A DNA stretch of 64,000 nt from Octopus vulgaris (taxonomy: Eukaryota): assembly GCA_951406725.2 (NCBI GenBank), contig OX597829.1, positions 47,492,001 to 47,556,000 on the forward strand, written 5' to 3'. Position numbers and translations under genes: made by a program. A model generated the notes under the pieces. The model was not told the DNA's origin. It searched no databases and saw only the letters and a list, made by a program, of their open reading frames with translations. Position 1 is the stretch's first letter; each line of letters starts with the position of its first letter. Below are positions 41,467 through 54,764 of this stretch, piece by piece.

Positions 41467-42127
41467 GTACGTTGTTTTCTAAATTATATGTATGTATACA
41501 TGGCGTTAGGAAGGGCATCCAGCCGTAGAAACATTGCCAGATCCAACTGGGCCTGGTGCAGCCTTCTGGCTTCCCAGACTCCAGTTGAACCGTCCAACCC
41601 ATGCTAGCATGGAAAGCGGACGCTAAACGATGATGATGATGATGATGATGATGATGACATACACACATACACTGTCGGGAAACCAAGCCACTCTCGTAGA
41701 AGCTGCTAACACAATTTTCTATTCTCTTCACTTCATTTATGATAGTTCGTATATCTGGAGAAGGCATTAGATTTTCAGTTAAATGTCATATTGCTAAGTT
41801 AGGCTTAGTTCTTAGTTCCCAACTCTCATCTAAAGGTGAGGTGTTAGTAAAGGTAACCGATAAAAAAGAACCAAAAAAAACCCAGAAAATACGTACACAA
41901 TTCAAATGTGATACTCCTCATGGAGACGGGACTACCACCACCTAAGGTCAAACAATGAAACTCACAGTCTCCATGATTACCCTAACTGTCAAAAGTATGT
42001 GTCACCCTACTATCTGTCGTAGCTCTTGACGACAAAATAGAAAATAAGATAGATACTCAATACATTTTTGTAGTCTATCATCTATTTTCAGGGGTCTAGT
42101 TATTGCTTGTTTTAGGTATATATATAT

Positions 42128-42182
<55 letters not shown>

Positions 42183-42889
42183 ACTTCTTTTCCAAGAAAG
42201 TAACAAAGACTTTGTATTTTGATACTGAATATCACTTTTTTTCTTTTTACGTATAGCATATCGTATCAGAACGACTTTGATGTACCCACCGCTCATACAA
42301 AGCCATTTTGATTTTATCAAGTAAAAATAAACTTAGTCTCTGAAACTTAATACATTAATATAAAGTGTGTGAAGGCATACAACCTGTGGGTGTTGACTCT
42401 TTTGTTCTGCCCTTTGACCTGATATAGGGGTGGACGTTATTTTTTCCCACTCATATGGATTCTACATGTCGTACTACTATTACAGGTATTTAAGTTACCG
42501 ACTCTTTAAGAGCGAAAGCTATTAAATTTAACTATAATAAGATCTGGACTGTGAGTTCGAATTCCTTTTTCAAAGCAATTTATCCTCTTTTACTATGATT
42601 ATAACAATTACCCTTCTTATTTATTTTCTTCGGTGTCTCGTAACAATTGAAATAGGATATGATTTAAGGTTAACAATCTCATCAATTATAAAGTACCCCG
42701 AGTCCCATGTTAGCTAGTGTAACCTGATCGAGCAGTCAATCCAATGATCAAAGGTGTTTAAACTGTAGTATTCTTATTTTTTTCTAAGGCTATCTAAGAG
42801 TACATCACTCAATGTGCTTTACCTCTGCGACGGAATATTTTGAAAGACATCTGCCTAGCTTTTCTAATTGTTCGAGAGATCGCCTTGAC

Positions 42890-43727
42890 CAAGGGTTCGT
42901 ACGCACCACCGGCTCACTGACCAGCATCAGGCCGTGGATTATTTGGTACCGGGCGGCAGAGCAAGAATACATTTTATAAAATTTCAGTTCTATTTTATTG
43001 ACTATCGCAGCTGTACAAAGTGTCCTTGCGCGTGACCTAATGGTTAGGGTGTTGCATGCGCGATCACTAGATCATAGATTCGATCCACGGACCGGGCGAC
43101 GTGTTATGTTCTTAAACAAAACATTTCATTTCCGGTTGCTCTGCAGGTGGGAAATGGCTCAATCGTTGACACCTCGGCAGAGATGCTTTACGGTATATCT
43201 ATTTCTTTACTACCCACAAGGGGCTAAACACAGAGAGGACAAACAAGGACAGGCAAACGGATTAAACTGGTACTTATTTAATCGACCCCGAAAGGATGAA
43301 AGGCAAAGTCAACCTCGGCGGAATTTGAACTCAGAATGTAGCAGCAGAAGAAATACTGCTAAGCATTTCGCCCGGCGTGCTAACGTTTCTGTCAGCTCTC
43401 CGCCTTTAACCCCAACCTTCTTGGAGAAGGCAACAATAAACCACTCCAGTATTTATTCCAAGTCTAGTCATGGTAGCCAAAGTTCCAGTAATCTACTTAA
43501 CAGCGGCAGTGAAGGACACGGTCCCTCCTAGGTGTATAGAGAGAGAGAGTGCTGGAGAAAATTATCATGTACAGTGGTGGTTTGCCCTTGGCAGACCACT
43601 ACTAGTCTGTATAAATTGATAGATAAATACTAATTAAATTATATATTACGCACTTGTTTTGATATGCAAATGACAGCGTCCCTATCCCCACCCGGACCGT
43701 GATACAAAAACAGGTTGGGAACTGCTG
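42890..43727. mobile_element. Decayed hAT/Charlie (MER1-like) element with nested SINEs
   Basis: Left end caagggttcg...ccgtggattatttggtaccgggcggcagagcaaga and right end ggaccgtgatacaaaaacaggttgggaactgctg resemble Charlie-type termini. Confidence 0.5.
43197..43406 (-). mobile_element. SINE family B
   Basis: Reverse copy nested in the hAT remnant. Confidence 0.82.
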
Positions 43728-44227
43728 GCATGGAGGTTGACATGCATTGTTAAAAAAAAACGTTGTCATTTAATATATCGTTTCTAAACATGTCTTTTTT
43801 TCCCTTATCCAGGAACTAACTCGATATATCGTTGGTGAAATGAAAAACATCGAATAAAACTACATTATATCTTTCATACTTTCCTTTAAAAATATAGTTG
43901 AATTTAAAAGTATGAACCCAGAAGACATCTACAGCAATTTGCATAGTTTATATTGCTCAAAATATCGATCAACATATATCGAACAACACATTATTGAAAC
44001 TACCTCATTTGTTTATTGATTCTAGATTTTAAATACTTACTACAAGAAACCTTATCAAATAATTACATAATCTTAGTTGAGCTCTTTTCAATTTACTGTA
44101 TTACGAATGTGAAACATAACAGTATTTGTATTTAGCATGGAGAACATTGAGTTTTTTCCCGCATCCATTTTGCTAATATTCATAATCTCCACTATATTCC
44201 TACTTGATACTGATATATATATATGTG

Positions 44228-44260
<33 letters not shown>

Positions 44261-44261
44261 T

Positions 44262-44429
44262 TAGAATTTACAACAAAAGACGAAGGCGGGTGTGTAAACA
44301 ACAAACAGATGTATTAGTTTAACGCTCAGGAAGTGAGAAAGTCTTTTACGTTTCGAGCCTACGCTCTTCAACAGAAAGGAACACAGAAATAAGCAGAGAG
44401 AGAAAATAAAAAAAAGTTTTAGTGGCTAG

Positions 44430-44430
<1 letters not shown>
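44262..44430 (-). mobile_element. Short Penelope-like fragment with a variant hammerhead motif, between microsatellites
   Basis: Minus strand at 44341-44378 reads ctttctg TTGAAGA gcgtaggctc GAAAC GTA aaagac. The fragment lies between (TG)(AG)n and (TA)n. Confidence 0.4.
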
Positions 44431-44492
<62 letters not shown>

Positions 44493-44636
44493 ATCAATGA
44501 CCAAATATTCCCTGGAATTAATATACTAAGGACATAAAAAAGATCTATAAATAAATAAAAAAATGTAAACTTGTATGTCTTTAATTCCACAACCTATTAA
44601 TGTGTTTTTTCTTTTCTTTTCATTTCTAATATCCAG

Positions 44637-45677
44637 ATCTGTCACAGTCCAATACAAGCAAATTTTCTCTCAATTCTCCGCAGCTTATTACAAATTGATC
44701 CAAATGATAAGCTGTGTGAAGAAATGTGGGGAACCATAGAAAAGCTAGTGGCAAAAGTCGTTGTGATAGAAAAAGTTGAAGATTCTCAGAAACTCCTAAT
44801 TAAAACTGGCAAACGACTCCAAGAAATTGTTGAAAACAAATACGTATATGCTGGTCATATGAAACATGAATCTTATCGCATATACGAGAAGACACGGAGA
44901 CGAAGTTCGACGATACCAACTACTCCCGGGTCTAATGCTGTTACGCCAGATGACTTCACAGGCGCCTTGTCACCTTCATCAGCGTTTTCTTCACATAATT
45001 CTTCAGCTTCATCTCGGACTAGCACGCCTACCACGCCAACCGCATCAGCGGTATGTGGTGGGTCCACGCCAAACAAGAACAACCGATCTTTTCCGGGTTC
45101 GCCCCAAAACGCTACATCACCTTCCACAACTCCTGTCCAAACGCCGTCATCTGCTTCGGCAGCACCTCCGCCTCCTCCTCCTCCGCCACCTCCCCCGCCG
45201 CCGCCGCCGCCGCCACCACCACCACCACCACCACCACCTGCATTTGCTTCTGGAAGCGCATTTGCGACGACAGGTATACCATGTCCTCCTCCAGCACCAG
45301 CTCCACCAGCACCTCCCCCTCCCCCTGGGAAGATTCCGTTGCCACCAAAATTTGGTGGTGGCGGATCAGCCCCTCAACCACCAAAAACACTCGGAATTAA
45401 CACGAACCATGGAAACATGTTGCCGCAACTAAATGTGCCTAAGCCAAGAAACAAATTAAAACCTCTACAATGGCAGAAAATTCCTGCAAATAAAGTGATG
45501 AAAGGTCTCAACTTGTGGGCTCAAGCGGCCAAGCTTTTCAACGGGGTTAAGGTTGATTACGAAGCTATAGATGAACTGTTTTGTATAGAACAATTCCATC
45601 CCGACAATGATAAGACGCATGGTAAAGGCTCAAGGAATGGAAAAGCATCCAAAACTGTTAAGAAAGAAAGCACAGAG
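44637..45677 (+). CDS. INF2: Inverted formin large exon: end of DID region, Ser/Thr/Pro-rich linker, FH1 polyproline, start of FH2 (lasso)
   Basis: atccag|ATCTGTCAC...ACAGAG|gtaatt, 1041 bp, phase 0/0. Begins ICHSPIQANFLSILRSLLQID...EEMWGTIEKLV, has a P25 run at 45165-45239, then the lasso motifs KLKPLQWQKIP, NLWAQ and IDELF. Confidence 0.93.
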
Positions 45678-45835
45678 GTAATTATGACCAAAACTTTTTA
45701 CTTTTCTTCATTTTTTTTTAATACAGCTCTGTGTTCTTTAACTCCAGGTTAGCCTTAAAGATGAGACACTATGACTAGCGGTATTCTAACTGTGATCACC
45801 TATTTTTTTCCTCGTCAGCCTATTCTTATCTTTTT

Positions 45836-46193
45836 TTCTTTTTCCTTGTTTCAGTCATTTTGACTGCGGCCATGCTGGAGCACCGCCTTTAATCGAGCAA
45901 CTCGACCCCGGGACTTATTCTTTTGTAAGCCCAGTACTTATTCTATCGGTCTCTTTTGCCGAACCGCTAAGTAACGGGGACATAAACACACCAGCATCGG
46001 TTGTCAAGCAATGCTAGGGGGACAAACACAGACACACAAACACACACACATACATACATATATATATATATATACATATATACGACGGGCTTCTTTCAGT
46101 TTCTGTCTACCAAATCCACTCACAAGCCTTTGGTCGGCCCGAGGCTATAGCAGAAGACACTTGCCCAAGGTGCCACGCAGTGGGACTGAACCC
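45836..46193 (-). mobile_element. SINE family A, 5'-truncated
   Basis: Reverse copy ending within the B box region. Confidence 0.85.
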
Positions 46194-46607
46194 GATTTCA
46201 GTTATAGGACTGCAATCATGCTGCATCACTCAACTTTTGAAGGTTTTTAATCAGTCATATCGACCTCTCCTCGCCAATTATTTATTACATCAAGCACTTT
46301 CGATCTGTGCCGAAATAGCAGTTTACGAAACATAACCAAAGACAGTCTTTCTGCGAGAGATAACAACGTAAACAGATACTCACACAACAGCCTTTTTACT
46401 GCTTCCGTCTACCAATTTCAAATTTCTTAAGGCATTGGTCAGCCCGTATCTACAGAAGACACTTGCTGAAGATGTGCCTGTAGGTCAAGCAGGACTAATC
46501 AGCGAACTTCTGGACTGCTCAGTCATACATGCACTTCTGTATATTTTATCTTTTTAAGACGGGCAGATGTACATGAGAGTTTTGGCTGCAATTTCTAAAA
46601 GGATTAG

Positions 46608-47028
46608 ATACCTATTTCTTTATTACCCACAAGGGGCTAAACACAGAGGGGACAAACAAGGACAGACATAGCTATTAAGTCGATTACATCGACCCCAGTG
46701 CGTAACTGGTACTTAATTTATCGACCCCGAAAGGATGAAAGGCAAAGTTGACCTCGGCGGAATTTGAACTCAGAAAGTAAAGACAGACGAAATACCTATT
46801 TCTTTATTACCCACAAGGGGCTAAACATAGAGGGGACAAACAAAGACAGACATAGGTATTAAGTCGATTACATCGACCCCAGTGCGTAACTGGTACTTAA
46901 TTTATCGACCCCGAAAGGATGAAAGGCAAAGTCGACCTCGGCGGAATTTAAACTCACAACGTAACGCAGACGAAATACCGCTATGCATTTCGCCCGGCGT
47001 GCTAATGTTTCTGCCAGCTCGCCGCCTT
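46608..47028 (-). mobile_element. SINE family B head-to-tail dimer with one TSD
   Basis: Junction gacgaaatacc|tatttcttt at about 46796. The TSD aaaggattagatacc at about 46598 and 47033 brackets the whole dimer. Confidence 0.88.
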
Positions 47029-47104
47029 GCAGAAAGGATTAGATACCACTTAGTTTCCCATAGATTTTCTTAATATTTCAACAGGTGACCAACTTTTCCT
47101 TTCA

Positions 47105-47610
47105 TCGAAGCCCAGTATACCCATCGTGACTACCCGTCTGATAAGAGTACACCAGGCACAACCATATGTCACAACCATATGTGCACGACATGGTGATCTC
47201 ATATGAAGATAAACATATCGCTTGTCCTTGCAGGTTGAGCCCAGTTAGAAATTTTCTTCTGGTCGAGTAACCCATCCCGCTTGAATAAGGATTGTTTAAG
47301 GATGTTGAACAAACCACCCATGTTTCCAAAGGTGAATTATCCAAACCTCTAAGAATTCCTTTTAACACATGGCTATGATGCTGCTCCACTACTTCTGCTC
47401 GTGATCAGAGATGCATATATTGTCAAACACTAAGGGACATGGTCAACTGGTTAAGGTCAAACAACTGACAAGCAAATCTGTGATATTGAGCAGAATATTT
47501 GCTGTAACCCATCTTTTATACTAAGACAAAACAATGTACATGATAACACTTCCAATCAGTTAAGATCAGAAACCATGAGAGCCACTGCCTGGTACTGCAT
47601 CAGGGCATTT
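47105..47610. mobile_element. Family D repeat, second copy
   Basis: Collinear with about 60504-61010 and followed by (ATT)n. Confidence 0.8.
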
Positions 47611-47643
47611 ATTATTATTATTATTATCATTATTATTATTATA

Positions 47644-47675
<32 letters not shown>

Positions 47676-47683
47676 CATTATTA

Positions 47684-47721
<38 letters not shown>

Positions 47722-49724
47722 GCCTAGGGGTTAGGGTATTGTAATCCCGATCGGGAGATCGTGATTTCAATTCCTAGACTGGGTGGTGTATTGTGCTTTT
47801 GAGCAAAACACTTCATCTCACGTTGCTATGCAATCACCTTGACACCTGACACGTGGCACACCTGTGTGCACCTGTTCAGACAACGTCGATTTGATGGAGT
47901 GAGGTGAGCTAATGTGCGGCACGAACATTTGATCATTATAAACGAATCATTTGTGCAGGTCATTCGGCGAAAAAGCTGAACATTCATACATCGTCTTCGA
48001 TGGAAAAGTCCATCATCATTATCGTGAGTAGTTAGCACGCTGGACGAAATGCTTAGCGGTATTTCGCCTGTCGTTACATTCTGAGCTCAAAATTCCGCCG
48101 AGGTCGACTTTGCCTTCCATCCATTGAAATCGATAAATTAAATACCAGTGAAATTCTGGGGTCAATGTAATCGAATAGTCCCCTCCACCTCAAAATTTCA
48201 GCCTTTGTGCCTACAGTGGAAAGGATTATTATTATTTTGTCTGCCGCTACGTTCTGAGTTCAAATTTTGCGGGATCGACTTTGCCTTTCATCCTTTCGGG
48301 GTCGATTAAACAGCCACCAGTTACGCACTAGTAATCGACTGAATCCTTTATCCCAAATTTGAGGCCTTGTGCTTCCAGTAGCAAAGATTATTATTATTAA
48401 TGCCCAAAAATAAGCCCGTTGTGTTTGTGTATATATATATATATATATATATGTGTATGCATGCATGCATGTATGTATGTATGTGCATATATATATATGT
48501 ATGTATATATGTGTGTATATATGTATATATATGTGTGTATATATATGTATGTGTGTATATGTATGTATATGTATGTATATATGTGTGTGTGTGTATGTAT
48601 GTATTTATGTGTGTGTATATATATATATATATGTATGTATTTGTTATCTGTATCTGTATTTGACCACCCCGCCACCATTGCTTGACAACCTATGTTGGTG
48701 TGTTTACGTCCCCGCCACTTAACGCGGTTCAGCAAAAAGAGACCGATACAATAAGTACTAGGTTTACAAAGAATAAGTCTTGGGGGTCGATTTGTTCGAC
48801 TAAAAGTTATGCTCCAGCATGGCTGCAGTCAAATGACTGAAACAAGTAAAAGAATAACAACGAAAAGGAAACTGACAAATTGACCTGATTTTTTTAATAC
48901 AGATTTAGTCATTAACTCTGCTTTTCTAAACTTTATGAATTTATTGATTACCTGATAAAGTTTTTTGCTTTTGTGTATGCCTAACCAGATGAACGGCCGG
49001 CTTATCTCTTTGACCAATATTGTCCACCTTAGGAAAATTTATTGCATCAACAATACTCTGTTTTGTTTCAGTGTCGAATTCCAAGTTTGCAAATACCAGT
49101 TTGGTTTTCATGATTGCTTCAATTCTTTTTCGTAATCTTTCGTGGGGAACCCCTCTAACATCAAAAGAAATTTAATGGAGTTTAGCATTTATCACATATA
49201 CACTGGGACAGCGTTGAATACAATTTGCAAAGCGCAATTCTTAAGTAAAAAAAAAAGAAATTGACTTTGATTTGTGCTTTCGCTATCTCAGCTTGTAGAC
49301 GAGAAGTGTTGTTAATTCTCCATCCAGATATCACGGCCAGAAATTCCTGACAGAAGCTGGCGAAAGTTAGGTATGGTAGTGAGCTATAGGTGAAGGAACT
49401 ATGTAGTTTCTGGTCGCCAAAAATATCATCCTTATCATGATAAACAATGATACAACCTTTACACTTCCCCTGCGCTGTCAGGTCTAAGAACTGTGGTACT
49501 TTTGAGACTTCGTTAATGAGAAGTTTCAAATTTGAATACGTGCTGAATTTACGTACGCCATTGCTTTTAGCGCGTACACACCTCTGTGAGTGTGTGTTTG
49601 CGTCTGTGTCTGACTGATTGATTGAGATTTGTATATTAGCGGAATTAAGTGACACCAGAGGGACATTTCGTTGGCAATAAATTAATTGTAGTTACAAAAT
49701 CTGTTTCTTCTATTTTCTTTTCAG

Positions 49725-49889
49725 ATAAATCTAATTGAGAGCAGACGAAGTTTAAATGTAAATATTTTCTTAAAGCAATTTAAAATGTCACTCGATGAAT
49801 TTTTTCTACACTTACACAATGGATCTTCTGAGAAGTTCAGTACTGAACAGTTAAAGGCCTTACTGAAGATTCTTCCTAATACTGTCGAG
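49725..49889 (+). CDS. INF2: Inverted formin FH2 exon (knob)
   Basis: ttttcag|ATAAATCTA...GTCGAG|gtatct, 165 bp. Translates INLIESRRSLNVNIFLKQFKMSLDEFFLHLHNGSSEKFSTEQLKALLKILPNTVE, with the INF-type NVNIFLKQF motif and the conserved actin-contact Ile. Confidence 0.93.
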
Positions 49890-50627
49890 GTATCTATCGA
49901 AACCATCTTTCTTACAATATTCCCACTCATTCATCCATCAATTACCGAAATGGATTCTTAATAACCACTTGGGTAATTGACGAATTCTTATTTATCCAAA
50001 TTTTTGCCAGTGGCTAATTTGTGTAATTATCCCAAGGCTCGGTTTATTTATTTGAATTAATTATTTAATAGTTAATGATTCTAGATTAATTTATGGTAGA
50101 AAGTGAATGTCCATAGCGTTGACTGTAAGTGGTGCACCGAATATGTTTAGAGTAAATTTATATAAATCTTCAAATTCATCAGAACAAACGTAATCTTTAC
50201 ACCTTTAATTCGGTTGTGTCTGGGGAGAGCCATTCTCTTTTAGTATCTTATTATTTAACACACTCACTGGAAAATAACGGACAGAGTCAAGACTATTGAA
50301 AAGGTTGCAAGACGCAACGAAAATTTTAGAAAATAAAGAATAAGAAATAAGTGGAAATTTTACCGGTGAGTGTGTTAAATAATAAGGCACTAAGAGAGAA
50401 TGACTCTCCCCAGACACAACAGAATATGCTTCAACACACGAACTCATATAAAGAATCTTGCAAACCAAATCCAAAAACGAAATATAATAAGCTTACACCT
50501 TTAAGTTTTTTGCTTTAGGAAAAGTAAAATTGAAGAATCCTTTGTATTCTTTTGATTTTTACAAGTTTCATGCCATTGTTTTAAACATTGCAATAATAAA
50601 CTTAGATCTAACCAAATGTAAAAAATC

Positions 50628-50668
<41 letters not shown>

Positions 50669-50716
50669 GATAAAATGAATGGTACTTATATAGTGTCTGA
50701 TGCTTTTTAATTACAG

Positions 50717-50802
50717 ATTGAAATGTTAAAAAGTTATGAAGGGGACAAAAAGAAGCTTGGAAACGCCGAACAATTTTTCCTGCGACTGATCGAATTACCA
50801 AA
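50717..50802 (+). CDS. INF2: Inverted formin FH2 exon
   Basis: ttacag|ATTGAAATG...TTACCAAA|gtatat, 86 bp, phase 0 to 2. Translates IEMLKSYEGDKKKLGNAEQFFLRLIELP(N). Confidence 0.92.
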
Positions 50803-51165
50803 GTATATTTATTTTCTTTTTTCAATATTCTGAGTATGGATGGATATGTATAAAAGGAATCGTTTAGTTTGATTTATATTATATGCTTACAAGTTTGATT
50901 GTGCAAAGGAACGAAAATGTATGTTTGTTTTGTATAGTGATGAAAGAAAAAAGAAAAGCGACAGGAGAAATTTTGTTTGTAGATGAATTTGTAGTTTTAT
51001 GAAGCATAGATTGAATGTTTTAGTGTAAAATGAATAGCGTTGAAAAGTAGGGCTTAATCTCTCACATAAACGATCGGCTTTTATGCCGTTTGCTCTTTTC
51101 ATTTTAAGAACGCCATTTCCCTGTCTTTGGGGGTGTCTTTACATTTTTTTCTTATTTATTAACCA

Positions 51166-51559
51166 CTAGCAGTATCGCCCGGCGTTGCTCGGGTTTGTAA
51201 GGGAAATAACTATATAAACATTTTTAGAGATGTAAAGTATAATAGCCATCGCAATATGGCTAACCACAAAGGGGGGGTGTTACTGTAGCATTTTACGTTC
51301 TGAGATTTAATAATAAATTTTTAGAGAGTTACTTCCCTAACATATGCCAAAAATGCATTAAAAATGGGAAAAATTGATGGTAAATTTTTTTAAATCGTAG
51401 ACTCATCGTAGACGCGCGCTAATACCCAGAAGGGCTCGATATGAATCACGACTATAAGATACCTGGTTTTGGTTAAACTGCACCGTAAAATGTGGGAGTA
51501 GTTAGGAATCTAAATCGTAGGAGACAGACAGCACACAACCTCTCTTTTATATATAAAGA
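51166..51559 (-). mobile_element. Non-autonomous Helitron, copy 3 (different internal segment)
   Basis: Same termini and hairpin. Carries a distinct block at about 51230-51315 in place of the internal duplication seen in copies 1 and 2. Confidence 0.85.
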
Positions 51560-51750
51560 TATGCATAAAGACATATTTCCCCAGCCATTGTCGATCAGTG
51601 TTGATTTGTTTACATTTTTCGTGATCTAGTAGTTCGTCAAAAGAATTGGATTTTATCAGCACCACACTACAGACAAGTACCAGAATCGGTTTACTTCAAA
51701 ACTGTGCGATAGCATGGCCGCAGTACAATGACTGCAGCAAATAAAATAAT

Positions 51751-51795
<45 letters not shown>

Positions 51796-52112
51796 TACAC
51801 CGTATTTGCCATCGTATAAAAGGCAATCTCCCATAAGACGCACCCTTATTTTACAAGTATATTTTGTGGGGGAGAAAAATATTTTTAATATGTTTCATTA
51901 TACACCTCTTGGAAGCTATTTTAAAGTGGTTTTCTATAGAGAAATGTATAATTCTGTACATGTAACACAATATTGTAATAGTATACTGAAATGAAAGTAT
52001 CGAACGATAATTTCATCGTAAATGAGCCACGTTATACTAGTACCGCCCCAGTTTTATCTTCTTTCAGATCAATTATATAATTATTTATATTTTTCGTCAT
52101 GAAAATTGTCAT

Positions 52113-52485
52113 AGGCGCAGGAGTGGCTGTGTGGTAAGTAGCTTGTTTACCAACCACATGGTTCCGGGTTCAGTCCCACTGCGTGGCACCTTGGGCAAGT
52201 GTCTTCTACTATAGCCTCGGGCCGACCAAAGCCTTGTGAGTGGATTTGGTAGACGGAAACTGAAAGAAGCCCGTCGTATATATGTAGATATATATATATG
52301 TATGTGTGTGGTTTAATATAGGCATAGGAGTGGCTGTGTGGTAAGTAGCTTGTTTACCAACCACATGGTTCCGGGTTCAGTCCCACTGCGTGGCACCTTG
52401 GGCAAGTGTCTCCTGCTATAGCCTCGGGCCGACCAAAGCCTTGTGAGTGAATTTGGTAGACGGAAACTGAAAGAAGCCCGTCGTA

Positions 52486-52527
<42 letters not shown>

Positions 52528-52612
52528 CGTGTGTGTGTTTGTGTGTCTGTGTTTGTCCCCCTAGCATGGCTTGATAACCGATGTTGGTGTGTTTATGTCG
52601 GCAAAAGAGACC
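52113..52612 (+). mobile_element. Two tandem SINE-A 5' portions
   Basis: Heads at 52113 and 52320. Confidence 0.82.
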
Positions 52613-52724
52613 GAAATACGCAAGAAATACGGTGCAAGCACACACGCACACGTGCACATGCATGCACAAGTACGCACACACGCATTGCACATGCACACAT
52701 ACACACACATGCATATGCATACAT

Positions 52725-52767
<43 letters not shown>

Positions 52768-53769
52768 AACATATACATACATGTGTGTGTGTGGTATAAT
52801 GGTAGTATATGAACTGGTAAAGGCGACGAACTGGCAGTATCGTTAACAAGTCGGGCAAAATAATTAGCGGCATTTCGTCAGTCTTAACAATCTGAGTTCA
52901 AATTCCGCCGAGGTTGACTTTGCCCTTAATCCTTTCGATGGCGATTCAATATATGTGTACAGGTGTCGATATAATCTACCTACACTCCCCCGCGAACTTG
53001 CTGTCCTTGTGTCAAAATTTGAAAGAGTTTTCCATGAAGATTTTTGCTCGTAGACATACCAAATATTAGGTTGGCACCAGAGGGCTTGCAAATGACGTTG
53101 GTGTGAAGGTTGGATTTTGGATAGTATGAATTACTTTTGTTTCAACGGGATTCTGGCACCAAAGTGATTTAACGAAGTATCAAGCGAGATTCTAGTCTAT
53201 AACATTCTTTCTCTGTCGTGAGGCATTTCACCAGAATAGAACCTATTACTAAAATACTGCACAAGGAAAATTATTGATTTAAAAATCTCTCGCAAAAGCA
53301 TACTACCGTGTTGTCAGTGCGGTTATCTGAAATGTAGGACAGATAGCAATACTGGTCAAAACTAATGTTATGAATTTCTCTTCATTTAAGTTCATCAAAA
53401 TTCCTTTACAATTAATTATAATAATACCGAATAGCATAAATAAGCCGCTAATAAATTTTTCTGTAATATAAGGATGTTCTGCCCTATTCATCCTTTTCGG
53501 TATTATTATTATTATTATTATTATTATTTTTATTATTCGTTTGAAAATAAAACATTTCCATATCTGTATATTTCAATACAACTCGACGCTTCTAAAAAAA
53601 GCAAACTTTGTTTGTTTACATATATCGTAATTCCTTTAAAATTGTTCAATCTTTTTCTTTATTTTATATTATTTACCTTTTAGTAAAATTGTCGCAAATT
53701 TCAGATGCTTTAAAACTATTTATTTATCTTTCTGTCTCTCCCTCTCTTTCTTTCTCACTAAACTTGAAG

Positions 53770-53870
53770 TTATCGAATTCGGATAGAAGGAATTTTAATA
53801 CGTCAAGAATTTGGTACCGAGATGGAATGTGTGAAACCATCTTTAGGCTCAATTATACGAACAGCTACTG
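53770..53870 (+). CDS. INF2: Inverted formin FH2 exon
   Basis: ttgaag|TTATCGAATT...GCTACTG|gtaagt, 101 bp, phase 2 to 1. Translates YRIRIEGILIRQEFGTEMECVKPSLGSIIRTAT(D). Confidence 0.9.
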
Positions 53871-54380
53871 GTAAGTCCCTTTTTCTTTTTTCCGAATATT
53901 GATATTCTGTGTCAGTAAAAAACTAAATGGATAATTATGTTTTAGATGTTTTTGCACCCTGTAAAAGATATAGACTTAGAAAAATATACTCCGAAAATCT
54001 AGTCCAGTATCCCTCAGCTGAACTAATTCCATTAGCTGCACTCAAGATTTCTCCATTCCTTCACAAAGCTTCTACACTTTATCTAGACTGTTAAAGCCGG
54101 AATAAGACCACTGGGCGCAGCTACTTGGACGTTGATGCTTTGGCATGGCTTGTTTTGGTGGTAGTACTTTTTGGCACTAGAGGCAGACAAACAAATGCAC
54201 AGAACTGTACATATACAGATAGAGAAAGAGAGATGCTACATCTTATTAACTGAACCCAAGTGACATAAACACGTCCCTTTTACTCACACAAAGAGAAATA
54301 GATTCACACGAATAAAAAGAGAGAACGACTGAAACATTGCAATGTTTAATGCCAATTAAGTGTGCCAAAACGTCTCATAC

Positions 54381-54764
54381 ACTTCTGTATTTAAGAGATG
54401 AAGAATTATGTACATTATTTATATTATTTACATTTGACGGATATTTGTCTTCATCTTGTTTCTTGTTAACCACAAGGCCATATTCCCTTGGACAAATGGC
54501 GTAGTGGTTAAGAGCACGGGCTACTAACCCCAAGATTCCGAGTTCGATTCCAGACAGTGACCTGAATAATGATAATAATAATAATAGTAATAGTAATAAT
54601 AATAATAATAATAATAATTACAACAACATCGGAAAATACCTTAGGAATGAGAACCCAGGTTCGAAATTTCCCAAAGACACCTGATTAAAGGCTGGAAGGT
54701 ATATCAACCGAAACATGTTAACAACAAACAAGATGAGGACAAATATCCGTCAAATATAAATAAT
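54381..54764 (+). mobile_element. tRNA-headed element with decayed hammerhead motif and Penelope-like inverted end
   Basis: Flanked by the direct repeat gtctcatac (54372-54380 and 54765-54773). Inverted arms lie at about 54424-54470 and 54717-54763. A box TGGCGTAGTGG starts at 54497 and B box GAGTTCGATTC at 54540, followed by an (AAT)n spacer and acac-CTGATTA-a-aggctg..caacc-GAAAC at 54677-54714. Confidence 0.6.

Noticed and set aside
44866-45432. Overlapping alternative-frame and antisense ORFs in the FH1 exon
   Set aside because: These are expected by-products of a GC-rich, CCN-repeat coding exon.
51800-51860. Tc2/pogo-like terminal repeat (ccgtattt...ataagacgcacc)
   Set aside because: Only one degenerate end is visible and no partner TIR was found.
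54490-54562. Functional tRNA gene (also the SINE heads at 23140-23211 and elsewhere)
   Set aside because: The acceptor stem does not pair properly and the sequence lies within a repeat, so it is treated as a SINE-type head.
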